Shown here one piece after another: positions 1 to 10,227 of a DNA stretch of 64,000 bases. The stretch covers positions 768,001-832,000 of the forward strand of contig CAWBEI010000002.1 in the NCBI GenBank assembly GCA_963787835.1, written 5' to 3'. How positions within the stretch are numbered: position 1 is the stretch's first letter; every line of letters begins with the position of its first letter. Made by a program: the position numbers and the translations under genes. The notes beneath the pieces were generated by a model that was not told where the DNA came from, searched no databases, and was given only the letters and a program-made list of their open reading frames with translations. The DNA comes from Ignavibacteriota bacterium (GTDB lineage: Bacteria > Bacteroidota > Ignavibacteria > Palsa-1295).

Positions 1-770
1 GACATTGCATAGATCGAAAGCAACACTCCGAGCATAAGCACTGCGCCTCCAACAACCGAAGCTATTGCTGATATTTTGCGATAGGCACGAAATCGCCAAA
101 ACATGTAAAGTGATAAAGCTCCGAGCAGTGTCAGTAGATGAATAGAGAGCGTTGCAAAGAAGACTACAGTCGCTCCGTAACCAAAATACCACAACCATGT
201 TGGTTTCCATTTAATCTGGGTAAGCACATCGTACCGCCCTGAAAGATACCACACGAACGTCAGCACTCCAAGCGCAGCAGCGACATCTAAGCGAGCTGCA
301 TGACTTGCGTAGAAAAAACTTCGGGTTGATACGAGTATCAGCAGTGCAAAAAGCGCGAGCAATTTCGGAACTTGTTCTTCGCGCATCATTCGATACATCA
401 CCAAAAGGAAAAGAATTGTCAGCCCGAATGTGGCGGTCCGTCCTATGAATACTATATCTGCAACCTTCGAAAAGAGAAGTACAGGAGTGCCATAGACCGC
501 CGCAGCAAACCAGGAATTTCCGCGAATAAGGCCGTTGGTGATTGCAACACTCGAACCAAGGCCGGTGGGAATACGCGCAAAACCATCGTGCAACTCCGCG
601 CGAAGCTCAAGCATTTGGCCGGTCTCATCACCCCACCATCGTGCACCATCCGGCTGAGGGAATATGTATAGAGAACGCGTTTGCGCAACGAGAACGATCA
701 CGATAAGTAGCGCGATGATCGCAACTGCAAATCGTTCGACGCGTGCAGCAGGAAATTTAGACGCCATCAT
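1..770 (-). CDS. Partial GT-C (ArnT/PMT-like) membrane glycosyltransferase, W-x-GDE family; runs off the window edge
   Basis: Not in the ORF track. Manual translation from ATG at 770 gives MMASKFPAARVERFAVAIIALLIVIVLVAQTRSLYIFPQPDGARWWGDETGQML, paralogous to 767..2374 (WFGDESW) and 5357..7084 (WYGDETW). ATGA overlap with the upstream gene. Confidence 0.8.
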   Translation of the reverse strand, partial: MMASKFPAARVERFAVAIIALLIVIVLVAQTRSLYIFPQPDGARWWGDETGQMLELRAELHDGFARIPTGLGSSVAITNGLIRGNSWFAAAVYGTPVLLFSKVADIVFIGRTATFGLTILFLLVMYRMMREEQVPKLLALFALLILVSTRSFFYASHAARLDVAAALGVLTFVWYLSGRYDVLTQIKWKPTWLWYFGYGATVVFFATLSIHLLTLLGALSLYMFWRFRAYRKISAIASVVGGAVLMLGVLLSIYAM

Positions 771-2374
771 TCTGCTTTGTAAAGGTGTAAGGTGTCCAAC
801 TCATTCCAATGCGGATCGTCATACGTTCTTCCAAGATCGGTAAAGTTACCCACCCGCTCGCCGGCAAGCACATAGAGCGAGTCTGCGAGGTGACGGAACG
901 GACTCCTCCAGTGCGCGCCGGAATATAACAGTAAATATTCGACATGGTGCTCGCGCAAAATATCTGCGACCGGTTTGTTCTCATCGCCAAAAAGAAGCAA
1001 GTGATTCGTCATCAATCGTACCTCTTGGTTGCCGGCAACCACATTCTCCGCAGGTTCATCGGTAAGCATCAACGGAGGATTTGTCCGCGATTCAATGGTG
1101 TCCATGATGCTTCCAATAGCTTGCCGATTTTCCGTTACCAACCGCTTTCCGACGCTGCCGAGCCTCTCCTGCGAAACGACCACAAAAACTGCTACCACGA
1201 TCAGGAGAGGAATCAAAACACCTTGAATAGTTCTCGATCGCGCATCCCCAAATAGCGGCGCTATCAATACAGCAGCCATAACTGCTATCACCGGTAATAC
1301 ATGAATATTGTAGAACACCGCCGGGCCTCCGAAAAGTATCCATCCCAGGATCAGCAAAATGGCGTTGATGAAGAAAAATTGCTCTTTCTGGCCGGATGAG
1401 ACTTTCCGCCAGAGTCGAACGCCGATTCCAATCACCAGCAATACCACCACCGGCCATGCTACATCCCACACCTGCAGAAACCGATCGACCGTATTGATCT
1501 TCTGCACGCGCCAGGATAAAAGATGCAGTATTGGGATCGAATTTGCAACATTATAATATTGATTGTATCCTTTCCCAAGCAGATCCAGGGAGTCAGAATC
1601 GCCCGCGAAATGCATAGAGAGCCAATATGCCGCAACAATTATCGCAACCCCGGCAATAGCACCACACAAAAAGAGTGTGAGGAAGCGAAGGGATCGAAAT
1701 ATCTGGAATTTCCAACAGGAATAAAGTAATGGAAAAATAATAAGGGTTGGAACATGAACGTAGATCGCGAGAGAGAGCGACGCAAGGAACGGTAATAGGA
1801 ATGCCCAGCGGACTATGTATCTGTCCGCTTGCGTTTCTTCTAAAACAAAGACGTGAAGAAATAAATACATCACCACCGCCAATCCTGTTGCTGTATCGAG
1901 CCGGGCAGAGTGGCTGGAAAAATAGAATGCCTTCGAGATAACGAGTACAAACACTCCGAGCAACGAAGCCGCCGGTGATGCTCCTATCCGTCGAGCTAGT
2001 CGATAAACACAATATAGCAAAATCAGCGATAGAATGAATGTGATCGTTCGACCGATCGCGACCGGGCTTGCAACATGGGACCAGATCGCAGCCGGCACTC
2101 CGTAGATCAAACCCGAGATCCAAATGCTGCCATTGATTAAACCATTGGAATGCGCAAGCGACGAACCGATCGCTTCGGGAACCCGAGCTATGCCACTGCG
2201 GGCAAGTGCGCGGAGGGTCAACATCGTCCATGATTCATCACCGAACCACATTCCAGTGTCCGGCACAGGATACACGAATAGAAACCTCGCCTGATCCAAC
2301 AACACGAGCGCGATCAATATTAGAAGCACCGTTGTTAATCTGTCACGCCCGCGAAAAAATGGAATGTTACTCAT
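767..2374 (-). CDS. GT-C (ArnT/PMT-like) membrane glycosyltransferase, W-x-GDE family
   Basis: 535 aa polytopic protein; DE motif after the first TM helix (WFGDESW); HSARLD motif; soluble C-terminal domain. Confidence 0.75.
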   Translation of the reverse strand: MSNIPFFRGRDRLTTVLLILIALVLLDQARFLFVYPVPDTGMWFGDESWTMLTLRALARSGIARVPEAIGSSLAHSNGLINGSIWISGLIYGVPAAIWSHVASPVAIGRTITFILSLILLYCVYRLARRIGASPAASLLGVFVLVISKAFYFSSHSARLDTATGLAVVMYLFLHVFVLEETQADRYIVRWAFLLPFLASLSLAIYVHVPTLIIFPLLYSCWKFQIFRSLRFLTLFLCGAIAGVAIIVAAYWLSMHFAGDSDSLDLLGKGYNQYYNVANSIPILHLLSWRVQKINTVDRFLQVWDVAWPVVVLLVIGIGVRLWRKVSSGQKEQFFFINAILLILGWILFGGPAVFYNIHVLPVIAVMAAVLIAPLFGDARSRTIQGVLIPLLIVVAVFVVVSQERLGSVGKRLVTENRQAIGSIMDTIESRTNPPLMLTDEPAENVVAGNQEVRLMTNHLLLFGDENKPVADILREHHVEYLLLYSGAHWRSPFRHLADSLYVLAGERVGNFTDLGRTYDDPHWNELDTLHLYKAE

Positions 2375-3831
2375 GGCGTGGGAAGAAAAATATGATCGGG
2401 TCTTGTCGATGCGTCGCCGATGCGAGACAGGAACACGTTCGGAGTTTTGAATATGTTGGAAGACTGCACGTAGTGTGGGATTGAATCCCAGCGATACACG
2501 CTTTCTTCATCGAGAATGATAGCCGAAAATTGCTTCGCAGACAGTACGGAATCGATCTGGAGCTGGAACCGCTTGCTTGTACTATCATGAGGCACCAGCG
2601 CATCGTTCATCGCCATATAATGAACGTGCATCGGTTTACCAGCCAACGCACCAATATACCCATGGAATGGAATCCACACATCACCGGGAATTGCTCTCAA
2701 TTTTTCAATGAACTCATCTCCGGCTTGCCGTTGGTGTGCGCTTGCAAAAAGCATCTTCTCCCCGAGTGGATTATATACGAGCGAAAGAAATCCAAGGAGT
2801 ATGAGAAGGTGGACCACGCGTGGCCAGTCTGGAAAGGCATCTGCGATCACCTTAATTCCGATCGGGAACACGATCGCCAACATCATCGTGAACGGCATAA
2901 AAACATTTTTATATCCTCCGAAATTTCCTATGCTGAGCACCGAGGAGATCAGCGCCATTATAGTTACAGACCAAAGAATGGGCCAGATACCACGAAGGTT
3001 TTTCTTTCCAAGCAGGATTATTGCAACAAGCAGGACTAACGTAAATAGACCCATCGTGCTAACAATCCATGTCGGGAAAAACTCGATCGCCGCAAGCCAA
3101 GAAAAGCTTTCTGCTGCTTTCATGCCGGGGATCGTCGTCGTATAAAATACATACCATCCGTTCGTTGACCAATTTAAGATGGTCGATCCAATCACAATGA
3201 GTGCAACGGATAGAACGCTGAACCCCACCGCTTGTTTTCTGCTTCTGAACGCCACGCCGATCAGCAATGCAGGTAACGCAAATATCATTTGCTGCTTGGT
3301 AAAATAGGCAAGTGCGACCAGCACCGCAGCCACGAGATAACCTTGCCGAAAATATAATGCTGCGTAGATACTTCCCGACACAAGGCATATCGCCAGCGCG
3401 TCCATTCGGACAATATCGTAAAAGAAGCCTGTGAGATGATAGAATGCGATATAAAGCGCCATACTCGCAAAAGCGAGCAAGGATGAAGATGTTTCGCGAT
3501 GCACGATCCTTCCCGCTATCATCGCTGTAAGCAGGGTTGCAAGAATTGATATCACCCGACCTGGCCACAGCCCAACACCGCCGATCTTCATGAAAAGTGC
3601 CGTTGCATAATAATAGAGGGGTGTATAAACGAACGCGGTGAAATCGAGTGAAGGGGCAGCGTAAATAGGCATGCCAGTTGCGAGCCGAATTGCATGATCG
3701 AGCACTGCCCCTTCGTTCCATTCAACTTCATAAGGATAAATGAGCCTCAGCACAGCTGAAAATAGGAACAGTAGTATATACGCGCTTCCTGCAAAATAAA
3801 CAAGCCAATCGAGCCTCGAAGAATTTTTCAT
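2371..3831 (-). CDS. GT-C (family 39-like) membrane glycosyltransferase, YPYE-x-EW-x-EG family
   Basis: 486 aa polytopic protein with YPYEVEWNEG, YTPLYY, GRVIS, VRMD and TKQQ motifs; paralog of 10228..11709. Confidence 0.75.
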   Translation of the reverse strand: MKNSSRLDWLVYFAGSAYILLFLFSAVLRLIYPYEVEWNEGAVLDHAIRLATGMPIYAAPSLDFTAFVYTPLYYYATALFMKIGGVGLWPGRVISILATLLTAMIAGRIVHRETSSSLLAFASMALYIAFYHLTGFFYDIVRMDALAICLVSGSIYAALYFRQGYLVAAVLVALAYFTKQQMIFALPALLIGVAFRSRKQAVGFSVLSVALIVIGSTILNWSTNGWYVFYTTTIPGMKAAESFSWLAAIEFFPTWIVSTMGLFTLVLLVAIILLGKKNLRGIWPILWSVTIMALISSVLSIGNFGGYKNVFMPFTMMLAIVFPIGIKVIADAFPDWPRVVHLLILLGFLSLVYNPLGEKMLFASAHQRQAGDEFIEKLRAIPGDVWIPFHGYIGALAGKPMHVHYMAMNDALVPHDSTSKRFQLQIDSVLSAKQFSAIILDEESVYRWDSIPHYVQSSNIFKTPNVFLSRIGDASTRPDHIFLPTP

Positions 3832-5360
3832 ATCCGGATTCGATAGAGATTAAAGCCTTTTATTACAGTATCGGGAACGTAGCGTGCCGAAAGCAGGCTG
3901 TCAAACCCGGGAATCGAATGAAGTGCCGCATCGGCATTCATGCCTACGAATGGCCACCACTCCTGCGATCGCGATGTAATGATAAATCGCGGCCTCACTG
4001 ACACGAGCGAGTCAATAAACTCACGTCTCCAGGTGTTTACATAGATTGGGAGGGATTTTGCGCCAGCATCCGTAGCGCAAAGTGGCACGATCGTCGTGAA
4101 ACCCGTTGCTTCGGGCCTTGCCATCCGCCATCGAAGACTCGGAAAGAGAGAAACGTACTCTACAGGATCGTTCCGACTACTCGAACGGTCAATATAATTG
4201 ATAACTTCTCTTTGAGCCTCCAGGCCAAAAAGGCTATCCGAAAGGACTCGATCATACGTGGCCTGCAAGGGGCGCTCGCGCTTCCGATCTTCAAAAGAAT
4301 AACGCAGCAAGTGTCGAGGATAGTATAAATAAACAAAAAGACCCAAGGCAATAACGATCGCTCCATATTTAAGAACAGGAACCTGAAACAAGCCAGTGAT
4401 ACGATCAAGTCCGATCGCCGCAAACGCGATCGCAATCAGCATAAATGGCTCAAAGTGATACGTGAAATATTTCCCCATTATTATCGGCGAAAGCAACGCA
4501 CATCCTGTGCACAAAAGAAGCATCTTCAGATCAGATTTTCCATCGGACTTGCCGGAACGAGAAAACGCAAGACCAATGAGCGCAAAAAGGTAGATCAGCG
4601 CCCTGCCGCGCGTAAATAGATCAAAGGGAACATGTACTGAGGAATATAGATCGAGATTGAAGCGAATGATAGAATAATAGATCTGTTCGAGGCCTCCATG
4701 CTGGAGCATGTAAGGAAACAGCCATACCACAAACGGCAGTAAAAATCCAAGCAGAGAATTACTAATGAGGCGGACCCTGTTCGGCAGTTCCCATATCAGT
4801 AGAACGAACGCCAGCGCGAAAATAAAATACGTTGGGCGAATAATCGTTGCACATCCGGCCAAAACACCAAGCGCTAATGCACATCCCCATCTCGATCTCT
4901 TATAGAGAGAAAAGAGAAGGATCGTTGATACCATGAGGAGAAATGATGCATAAGTGTCCCGCTGCCCGGCAAGCCCCCATCCACCGCTTGCGTAATACTG
5001 TGCATAGATCAACACAGCAAGGACTGCTTCGCGCGTAGAAATCCATCTGCGAAGAAGTAAATAGTATGCACCGGACATCGCAATATGGAGAAGGTAATCG
5101 AACATGCGGAATCCAAAGTCGCTTGCGCCGAACAACACAATGCTCATCCAATGGATAAAAACGATTCCCGGAAAATTCATATCCCACGACGCAAGGTATG
5201 GAAGCCCGTGATAGGCATAGAGCGTCCATGCCATGGATTCATAGACATCATTATCGAATCCGAGTGGCAACAGTAACGTTACAAGCAGGATAACTGCTGA
5301 ACCTGCCACTGCAATCGCCAATGGAATGGCTTCGCCAGAAGCAATGATGCGTTTTGTCAT
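3828..5360 (-). CDS. GT-C (family 39-like) membrane glycosyltransferase, WD-x-NFPG family
   Basis: 510 aa; DNDVY, LPYLASWDMNFPG, GQRDT and IRPT motifs; paralog of 13429..14949. Confidence 0.75.
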   Translation of the reverse strand: MTKRIIASGEAIPLAIAVAGSAVILLVTLLLPLGFDNDVYESMAWTLYAYHGLPYLASWDMNFPGIVFIHWMSIVLFGASDFGFRMFDYLLHIAMSGAYYLLLRRWISTREAVLAVLIYAQYYASGGWGLAGQRDTYASFLLMVSTILLFSLYKRSRWGCALALGVLAGCATIIRPTYFIFALAFVLLIWELPNRVRLISNSLLGFLLPFVVWLFPYMLQHGGLEQIYYSIIRFNLDLYSSVHVPFDLFTRGRALIYLFALIGLAFSRSGKSDGKSDLKMLLLCTGCALLSPIIMGKYFTYHFEPFMLIAIAFAAIGLDRITGLFQVPVLKYGAIVIALGLFVYLYYPRHLLRYSFEDRKRERPLQATYDRVLSDSLFGLEAQREVINYIDRSSSRNDPVEYVSLFPSLRWRMARPEATGFTTIVPLCATDAGAKSLPIYVNTWRREFIDSLVSVRPRFIITSRSQEWWPFVGMNADAALHSIPGFDSLLSARYVPDTVIKGFNLYRIRI

Positions 5361-7084
5361 TGCAGGCTATCGAGTTGGTACAACGTCAAGGTATCAAGCT
5401 CGTTAAGGGTGTCGCTAAAATAATCGATGGTTCGGTCGAGCATAGGTCCAACGCGTGAAAAGACAGGCTCTCCCCTGCGAACGGCTGTTTCATATTCTGG
5501 AGTCATCGGTTTGTCATAATCGATAACATAATCTACTCCTGCATGCAATAGCACACTATCGACGGGCTCCGTGCTATGATCAGCCGCAGGGCGAACCGGG
5601 AAGAACAGGAACGACTCGCTCATAACGCGGAGTCCGGTATCGCGCAACAGTTCGTGAATGGCAGGCCCCTGCGCAAGCACGAGCGGCCGAGATTGACCAG
5701 GTTCCCAGTCTCGGCTGGTTTCTTCGATCGCGGCCTGAATGGCAGCCGTGTTCGCTTCTCCGATCCGGTTTCCAATACGGCCCGCACGTGCAATGTCCGG
5801 GATCGACCGCCACCAGATCAGTGCGGATAATGCCAGACTTGCCAGCGCGATCATCGGCGCTGACCACCAGGTCTTGCTCCAATCCTCCAGATGCAGCGCA
5901 AAGGAAAACGTTGCCAGAGGTAGTATGTGAACAACATAGTACGGCAGCGTGCTCTGAACGAAGAGTGCCGGCAACAAGGCAAGAAGCAAACTAATAGTAA
6001 CGAAAGAAGTCGCTGGATGTGGGCGCTTCGTCAGGGGCAGGAACACTTCACTCAGCAAAATGATCGAGAGCACGATAGCGAATAGCGGTGCTTCGTGCCA
6101 GAGATAATACCATTTAGCCCACAACTGATGACTCTGGGCCGACCACGAAAACAGATGCCGAATAGGAAGATTATTCAGCACGGACCCAAATTGATTATCC
6201 ATCGAAATCCCCGCAGCGATCGAAAATGAATGATTTGGTATCGCATAGAGAAGAATGAGAAGCCCTGCGACTAAAATTCCTCCAGAAAAAAACCAGGTTG
6301 CAGCAGCAATGCTGCTGAATGCACCATGCCGCCATGCAACGTACAGCATTACAGGAGGGATGAGTACTAAAAGATGCGGGCTAATTGTAAAAGAAGTCAG
6401 CACTCCCAGACTACCGATCAGAAAGCAGATCATGGAGGTGCTCATGGGATGTCTGTCATGACGTTTGTGCCCGCTTGGCAGCAGCAACGTGAATATTCCG
6501 ACGAACACAAGCAAAGCAAAGCCGGTAATAATATCATATCTTGCGCTATGTACTGCAAGCGTAAAACTGCGAGTTGATATCAGCAATGCGATCGCAAGAA
6601 TAGAGATCCACGGCTTGATCTTCAGCCGGTACCCCATCCAGCCGAGGAAAAGAATCAGGGAAATCCCGAGTAGATAGGTCACCATCCTCCCAACACTTAC
6701 AATATCCGTATCAGGAACCACAAAGCATTGCGGCAGACCGTATAGAATCGCCGCGATCCACGGCGAGCCAAGCAACAACCCCGGCGAGGACAAGAGCTGG
6801 GAATGTAGTGCAATGGGAACGGTCAATTTCCCATCGGTGAGAAGACTTTTCCAAGCCAGCATCATCCATGTCTCGTCGCCATACCACCGGAAGCCATCAT
6901 AGACAGGGAATTGGTAAAGCGTGTGCAAACTCATGCCAAGATAGGCAATGGCAGCGATGACCAGGAGCAGGCTCGCCAATCCATCCAGCCTGCGTGGGAT
7001 CGGAAGCGTTCCCGTATCCCGTTTATGCTGCAGAAACATCTCCTCCGATCGAGAAGCACCTGCATCGGACGATTGCTCATCCAT
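5357..7084 (-). CDS. GT-C membrane glycosyltransferase, W-x-GDE family
   Basis: ORF 5357..7207; ATG at 7084, just after the dehydratase stop, is the likelier start. WYGDETW, HSARYD and C-terminal NELDTLTLY match the paralog at 767..2374 (NELDTLHLY). Confidence 0.75.
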   Translation of the reverse strand: MDEQSSDAGASRSEEMFLQHKRDTGTLPIPRRLDGLASLLLVIAAIAYLGMSLHTLYQFPVYDGFRWYGDETWMMLAWKSLLTDGKLTVPIALHSQLLSSPGLLLGSPWIAAILYGLPQCFVVPDTDIVSVGRMVTYLLGISLILFLGWMGYRLKIKPWISILAIALLISTRSFTLAVHSARYDIITGFALLVFVGIFTLLLPSGHKRHDRHPMSTSMICFLIGSLGVLTSFTISPHLLVLIPPVMLYVAWRHGAFSSIAAATWFFSGGILVAGLLILLYAIPNHSFSIAAGISMDNQFGSVLNNLPIRHLFSWSAQSHQLWAKWYYLWHEAPLFAIVLSIILLSEVFLPLTKRPHPATSFVTISLLLALLPALFVQSTLPYYVVHILPLATFSFALHLEDWSKTWWSAPMIALASLALSALIWWRSIPDIARAGRIGNRIGEANTAAIQAAIEETSRDWEPGQSRPLVLAQGPAIHELLRDTGLRVMSESFLFFPVRPAADHSTEPVDSVLLHAGVDYVIDYDKPMTPEYETAVRRGEPVFSRVGPMLDRTIDYFSDTLNELDTLTLYQLDSLQ

Positions 7085-7097
7085 CGGAGTACGGTCG

Positions 7098-8123
7098 TCA
7101 GTGATATTCAACCTTTCCACTCTCGGTAATGATCGGGACGTGGCGCATCCACAGAAGCTTTTCCCACCATGCACGATGTGTTTTATACCACGCGATGGTT
7201 TGTTCAAGCCCCTGATCGAACGAACGGCCTGGTTTGATTCCCAGAACTTCGCTTGCTTTGGCCGTCGAAGAAATATGCCGATCGACCTGACCTGGCCGGT
7301 TGCCTATGTGTGAAATGAGATCATCCGGCTTTTTCAGAATATCCAGGACCATTTTTGCAATACTAAGCACATCCAGTTCAAATCCGGAACCAAGATTGAA
7401 CACTTCGCCCTGGATCTTCTCGATCGGCGCGTGCATTACGTGGTCGATCCGTTCGCAGGTATCTTGTACGTAGAGCCAATCGCGAAAGGCATTACCATTC
7501 CCATGGACGGTGAGAGGCTCATCCAGCAAAGCACTTGTAATAAATCGTGGGATCACCTTTTCCAGATGCTGTTTCGGGCCATATTGATTGAAGGGCCGCA
7601 AAATGCAGGCAGGAATTTTATAACTCGCAATGTACGAATAAACCAAACGGTCGGCACCGGTTTTTGCGCTGGCATACGGGGAAAGTGGATTGAGCGGGTG
7701 CTCCTCCGTCATCGGCGCGGTGAGTGCGGTGCCATAGACTTCGCTCGTCGAAATGTGGATAAAGCGATCCAAATCTTTCTTCCGCGTCACGGCATTCGCG
7801 ACAGCTTGGGTTCCGAGCACGTCCGTCACATAAAAGATCTTATTATCGAAGATCGAACGGGCTACGTGGCTTTCAGCAGCAAAATGGACGACTACATCGG
7901 AACGTCCGACAAGCTGGCTTACCAGATCGTCATTTGTAACGTTCCCATACCAGAACTCGAACCGTTTGGATGATTTGATATCGTCCGGGATATTATCCGG
8001 CGAACCTGCATAGGTCAGCGCATCGAGCACAATAATATGATACTCCGGGTATTTACGGAATACGTATTCGAGGAAATTACTTCCAATAAATCCGGCTCCG
8101 CCGGTGATAAGAATGGTCTTCAA
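7098..8123 (-). CDS. rfbB: dTDP-glucose 4,6-dehydratase
   Basis: ITGGAGFIGSNF, DALTYAG, HFAAESHV, STSEVYG, PLSPYASAK and YGPKQHLEK: extended SDR motifs of RmlB/RfbB. TTG start. Confidence 0.9.
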   Translation of the reverse strand: MKTILITGGAGFIGSNFLEYVFRKYPEYHIIVLDALTYAGSPDNIPDDIKSSKRFEFWYGNVTNDDLVSQLVGRSDVVVHFAAESHVARSIFDNKIFYVTDVLGTQAVANAVTRKKDLDRFIHISTSEVYGTALTAPMTEEHPLNPLSPYASAKTGADRLVYSYIASYKIPACILRPFNQYGPKQHLEKVIPRFITSALLDEPLTVHGNGNAFRDWLYVQDTCERIDHVMHAPIEKIQGEVFNLGSGFELDVLSIAKMVLDILKKPDDLISHIGNRPGQVDRHISSTAKASEVLGIKPGRSFDQGLEQTIAWYKTHRAWWEKLLWMRHVPIITESGKVEYH

Positions 8124-8160
8124 TTAATAGTTAAGAATGAGGAATTAAAAACGAAGGGAA

Positions 8161-10164
8161 TTAGGATGAAGTCCAATGCAGTGTGGCCGCACTTTCTAAA
8201 ATATCCGCGCCCAAATGCACCCACGTATTGATAACACGCTGAGTAGATGCTTGGGTTTTCGTTAAAAGTCCGGCGGCATTATGCTGACGCGCATATTCGA
8301 AGGCGGCAATAACCAGGGCGCGATACACGCCGCGCCCGCGCGAATCGGAGGCTACGGCGTTCAGAGAATCTTTCCACCACAGGGCATTGCCAAAAACTGC
8401 CATCGGTTCGAGGGCGATGTAGCCACAGACTGCTCCATCGAGCTCCGCAGCCAATATCAACGTGCTCTGCGCATGGCTTCGCGCGATATTCGAAAACCAC
8501 TCGCGAAATAGATCCTGGCTGCGCTCTATAGGAATCATAGGCTCAAGAAAGAAGCGATCCTGAATCATGGTGTGATCTCCGAACGATTCTGCTGAAATTT
8601 TGGCAAGGATAGGTTCATCTTCCGGACGCATTGGGCGAACGCGAAGTCCATTGCTGAACTCGACCGAATGTCCATCTCTTGTAAATCCTGAATTTTGCAG
8701 CACACGATCATATTTTGAACTCGGCGCACCCAAGGTAACCAAAAGATCGACAAGGTGAAATCCAGCCGATTCAAATGCACGTGTAACGAAAAGATCTTCA
8801 CTTGAAACGCGCGCATCGAGCAAACGAAGCTTTCGCTTTTCTGCAAATTCCAGAGCACCGTGAAGCACGCGTTCTAAGGCAAGAATTCGTCCGGCTTCAA
8901 CAGCACCACCAAGCGCATTTGCATAGAGGATCCGTCCGGAAGGAATTCCGAGCAACCGCGTATCCCATTCCAATTCTGTCAGTAATGCAGCAGCAGATAT
9001 ATGGTCACCATCACGCCCCCAAAAGACGAATGGGTCAGCGCTCCTCCATGCTGCAAGATGGTAATCTGTCAGCGCACGCGGTTCACTATTCGCGAATACT
9101 TTTGCGAGCGGAAGATGTCGATCGCCTGCGATTACTTGATGAAGCTCTTCTTGCTCAGAATTTGATAATGCTGAAAGACGTTGCGATAAAATTCCCTTAC
9201 CTTCATCCTTCATCCTTCCGCCTTCATCCTTTGATGTTGAGGTAAGATCTCGAAGCAAATAAAGCGGCCTTCCCTGCGATTCGCGATAAATGCGGCTGAC
9301 ATACTCGCCCATCAGCCCAATAACGATAAGCTGCAACGCGCCAAAGAAAAAGATCGCGATCATGATGGAAGCATATCCTGGAACTGCATATCCTCCAAGA
9401 ATTTTGCGGATCACGATATAAATGACAGCAAGCGTGGCAAGCGCTGCAGTGGACATTCCCGCCACAGTCGCAAATTGCAGCGGCGCGGCACTGAAACTCG
9501 TTGCGGTGCTGAGGGCCAGTTTAATGAGACGCCAGAACGAATACTTCGTTTGGCCGGCAAAACGAGCGCCATGCACGACCGGTACGCTTGTTTGCTTATA
9601 CCCGATCCACCGGACAAGCCCCGGAAGATAACGTGCCTTCTCGCGCATCTGCCGGAGATCATCCGCAACATTCTTGCGCATGGCACGGAAAATGCTGGAA
9701 TCGAGCCGCACTTCCGAACGGGCAACGCTATTCATCAGCCATAAAAAGAGATGACTGGAAAGATTCTTGTACCACCTAAATTGCCGCGTCTCGCGCTCGC
9801 CCCACACCACATCATACCCTTTATCCAGCTTGGCGAGCAGCTTGGGAATTTCTTCCGGTTGATCCTGCAGATCGGCATCCATCATAACGATGACATCGCC
9901 AACAGCATGATCGAGCCCGGCGGTGAGCGCAATATGATGTCCGAAATTTCGCGTGAAGCTGAAGACACGAATATGCTCCGGATCGCGCCCCCGAAGTTGC
10001 AAAAGAATATTCAGCGAATCGTCGCGCGAGCCATCATCGACGAGAATAATTTCGTAGGAGCGCCCAAGCGCAGCCATCGCTGCTGTAAGCCGGCGATACA
10101 GCTCCGCAAGCACTTCCTGCTCGTTATAGACCGCGACGACAATGGATAATTCTTTAGGACTCAC
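8161..10164 (-). CDS. Fusion of a polyprenol-phosphate GT2 glycosyltransferase (GtrB/ArnC-like) and a WecD-like GNAT acyltransferase
   Basis: N-terminal ~310 aa with VDDGSRD, RNFGH, MDADLQD and two TM helices ending RPLY. C-terminal LEWDTRLLG, FESAGF and AVASDSRGRGV (GNAT acetyl-CoA motif A). Confidence 0.85.
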   Translation of the reverse strand: MSPKELSIVVAVYNEQEVLAELYRRLTAAMAALGRSYEIILVDDGSRDDSLNILLQLRGRDPEHIRVFSFTRNFGHHIALTAGLDHAVGDVIVMMDADLQDQPEEIPKLLAKLDKGYDVVWGERETRQFRWYKNLSSHLFLWLMNSVARSEVRLDSSIFRAMRKNVADDLRQMREKARYLPGLVRWIGYKQTSVPVVHGARFAGQTKYSFWRLIKLALSTATSFSAAPLQFATVAGMSTAALATLAVIYIVIRKILGGYAVPGYASIMIAIFFFGALQLIVIGLMGEYVSRIYRESQGRPLYLLRDLTSTSKDEGGRMKDEGKGILSQRLSALSNSEQEELHQVIAGDRHLPLAKVFANSEPRALTDYHLAAWRSADPFVFWGRDGDHISAAALLTELEWDTRLLGIPSGRILYANALGGAVEAGRILALERVLHGALEFAEKRKLRLLDARVSSEDLFVTRAFESAGFHLVDLLVTLGAPSSKYDRVLQNSGFTRDGHSVEFSNGLRVRPMRPEDEPILAKISAESFGDHTMIQDRFFLEPMIPIERSQDLFREWFSNIARSHAQSTLILAAELDGAVCGYIALEPMAVFGNALWWKDSLNAVASDSRGRGVYRALVIAAFEYARQHNAAGLLTKTQASTQRVINTWVHLGADILESAATLHWTSS
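9200..9231. repeat. Heptamer tandem repeat (CCTTCAT)n within the GT2-GNAT linker
   Basis: ccttcat ccttcat ccttccg ccttcat cctt, encoding KDEGGRMKDEG. The same unit occurs intergenically near 17777. Confidence 0.8.
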
Positions 10165-10227
10165 CGGGCAATATTTCTACATTGTATGTAAAAGAAGAAA
10201 TTAGAAGAATAAATCCTTTCATGAATA

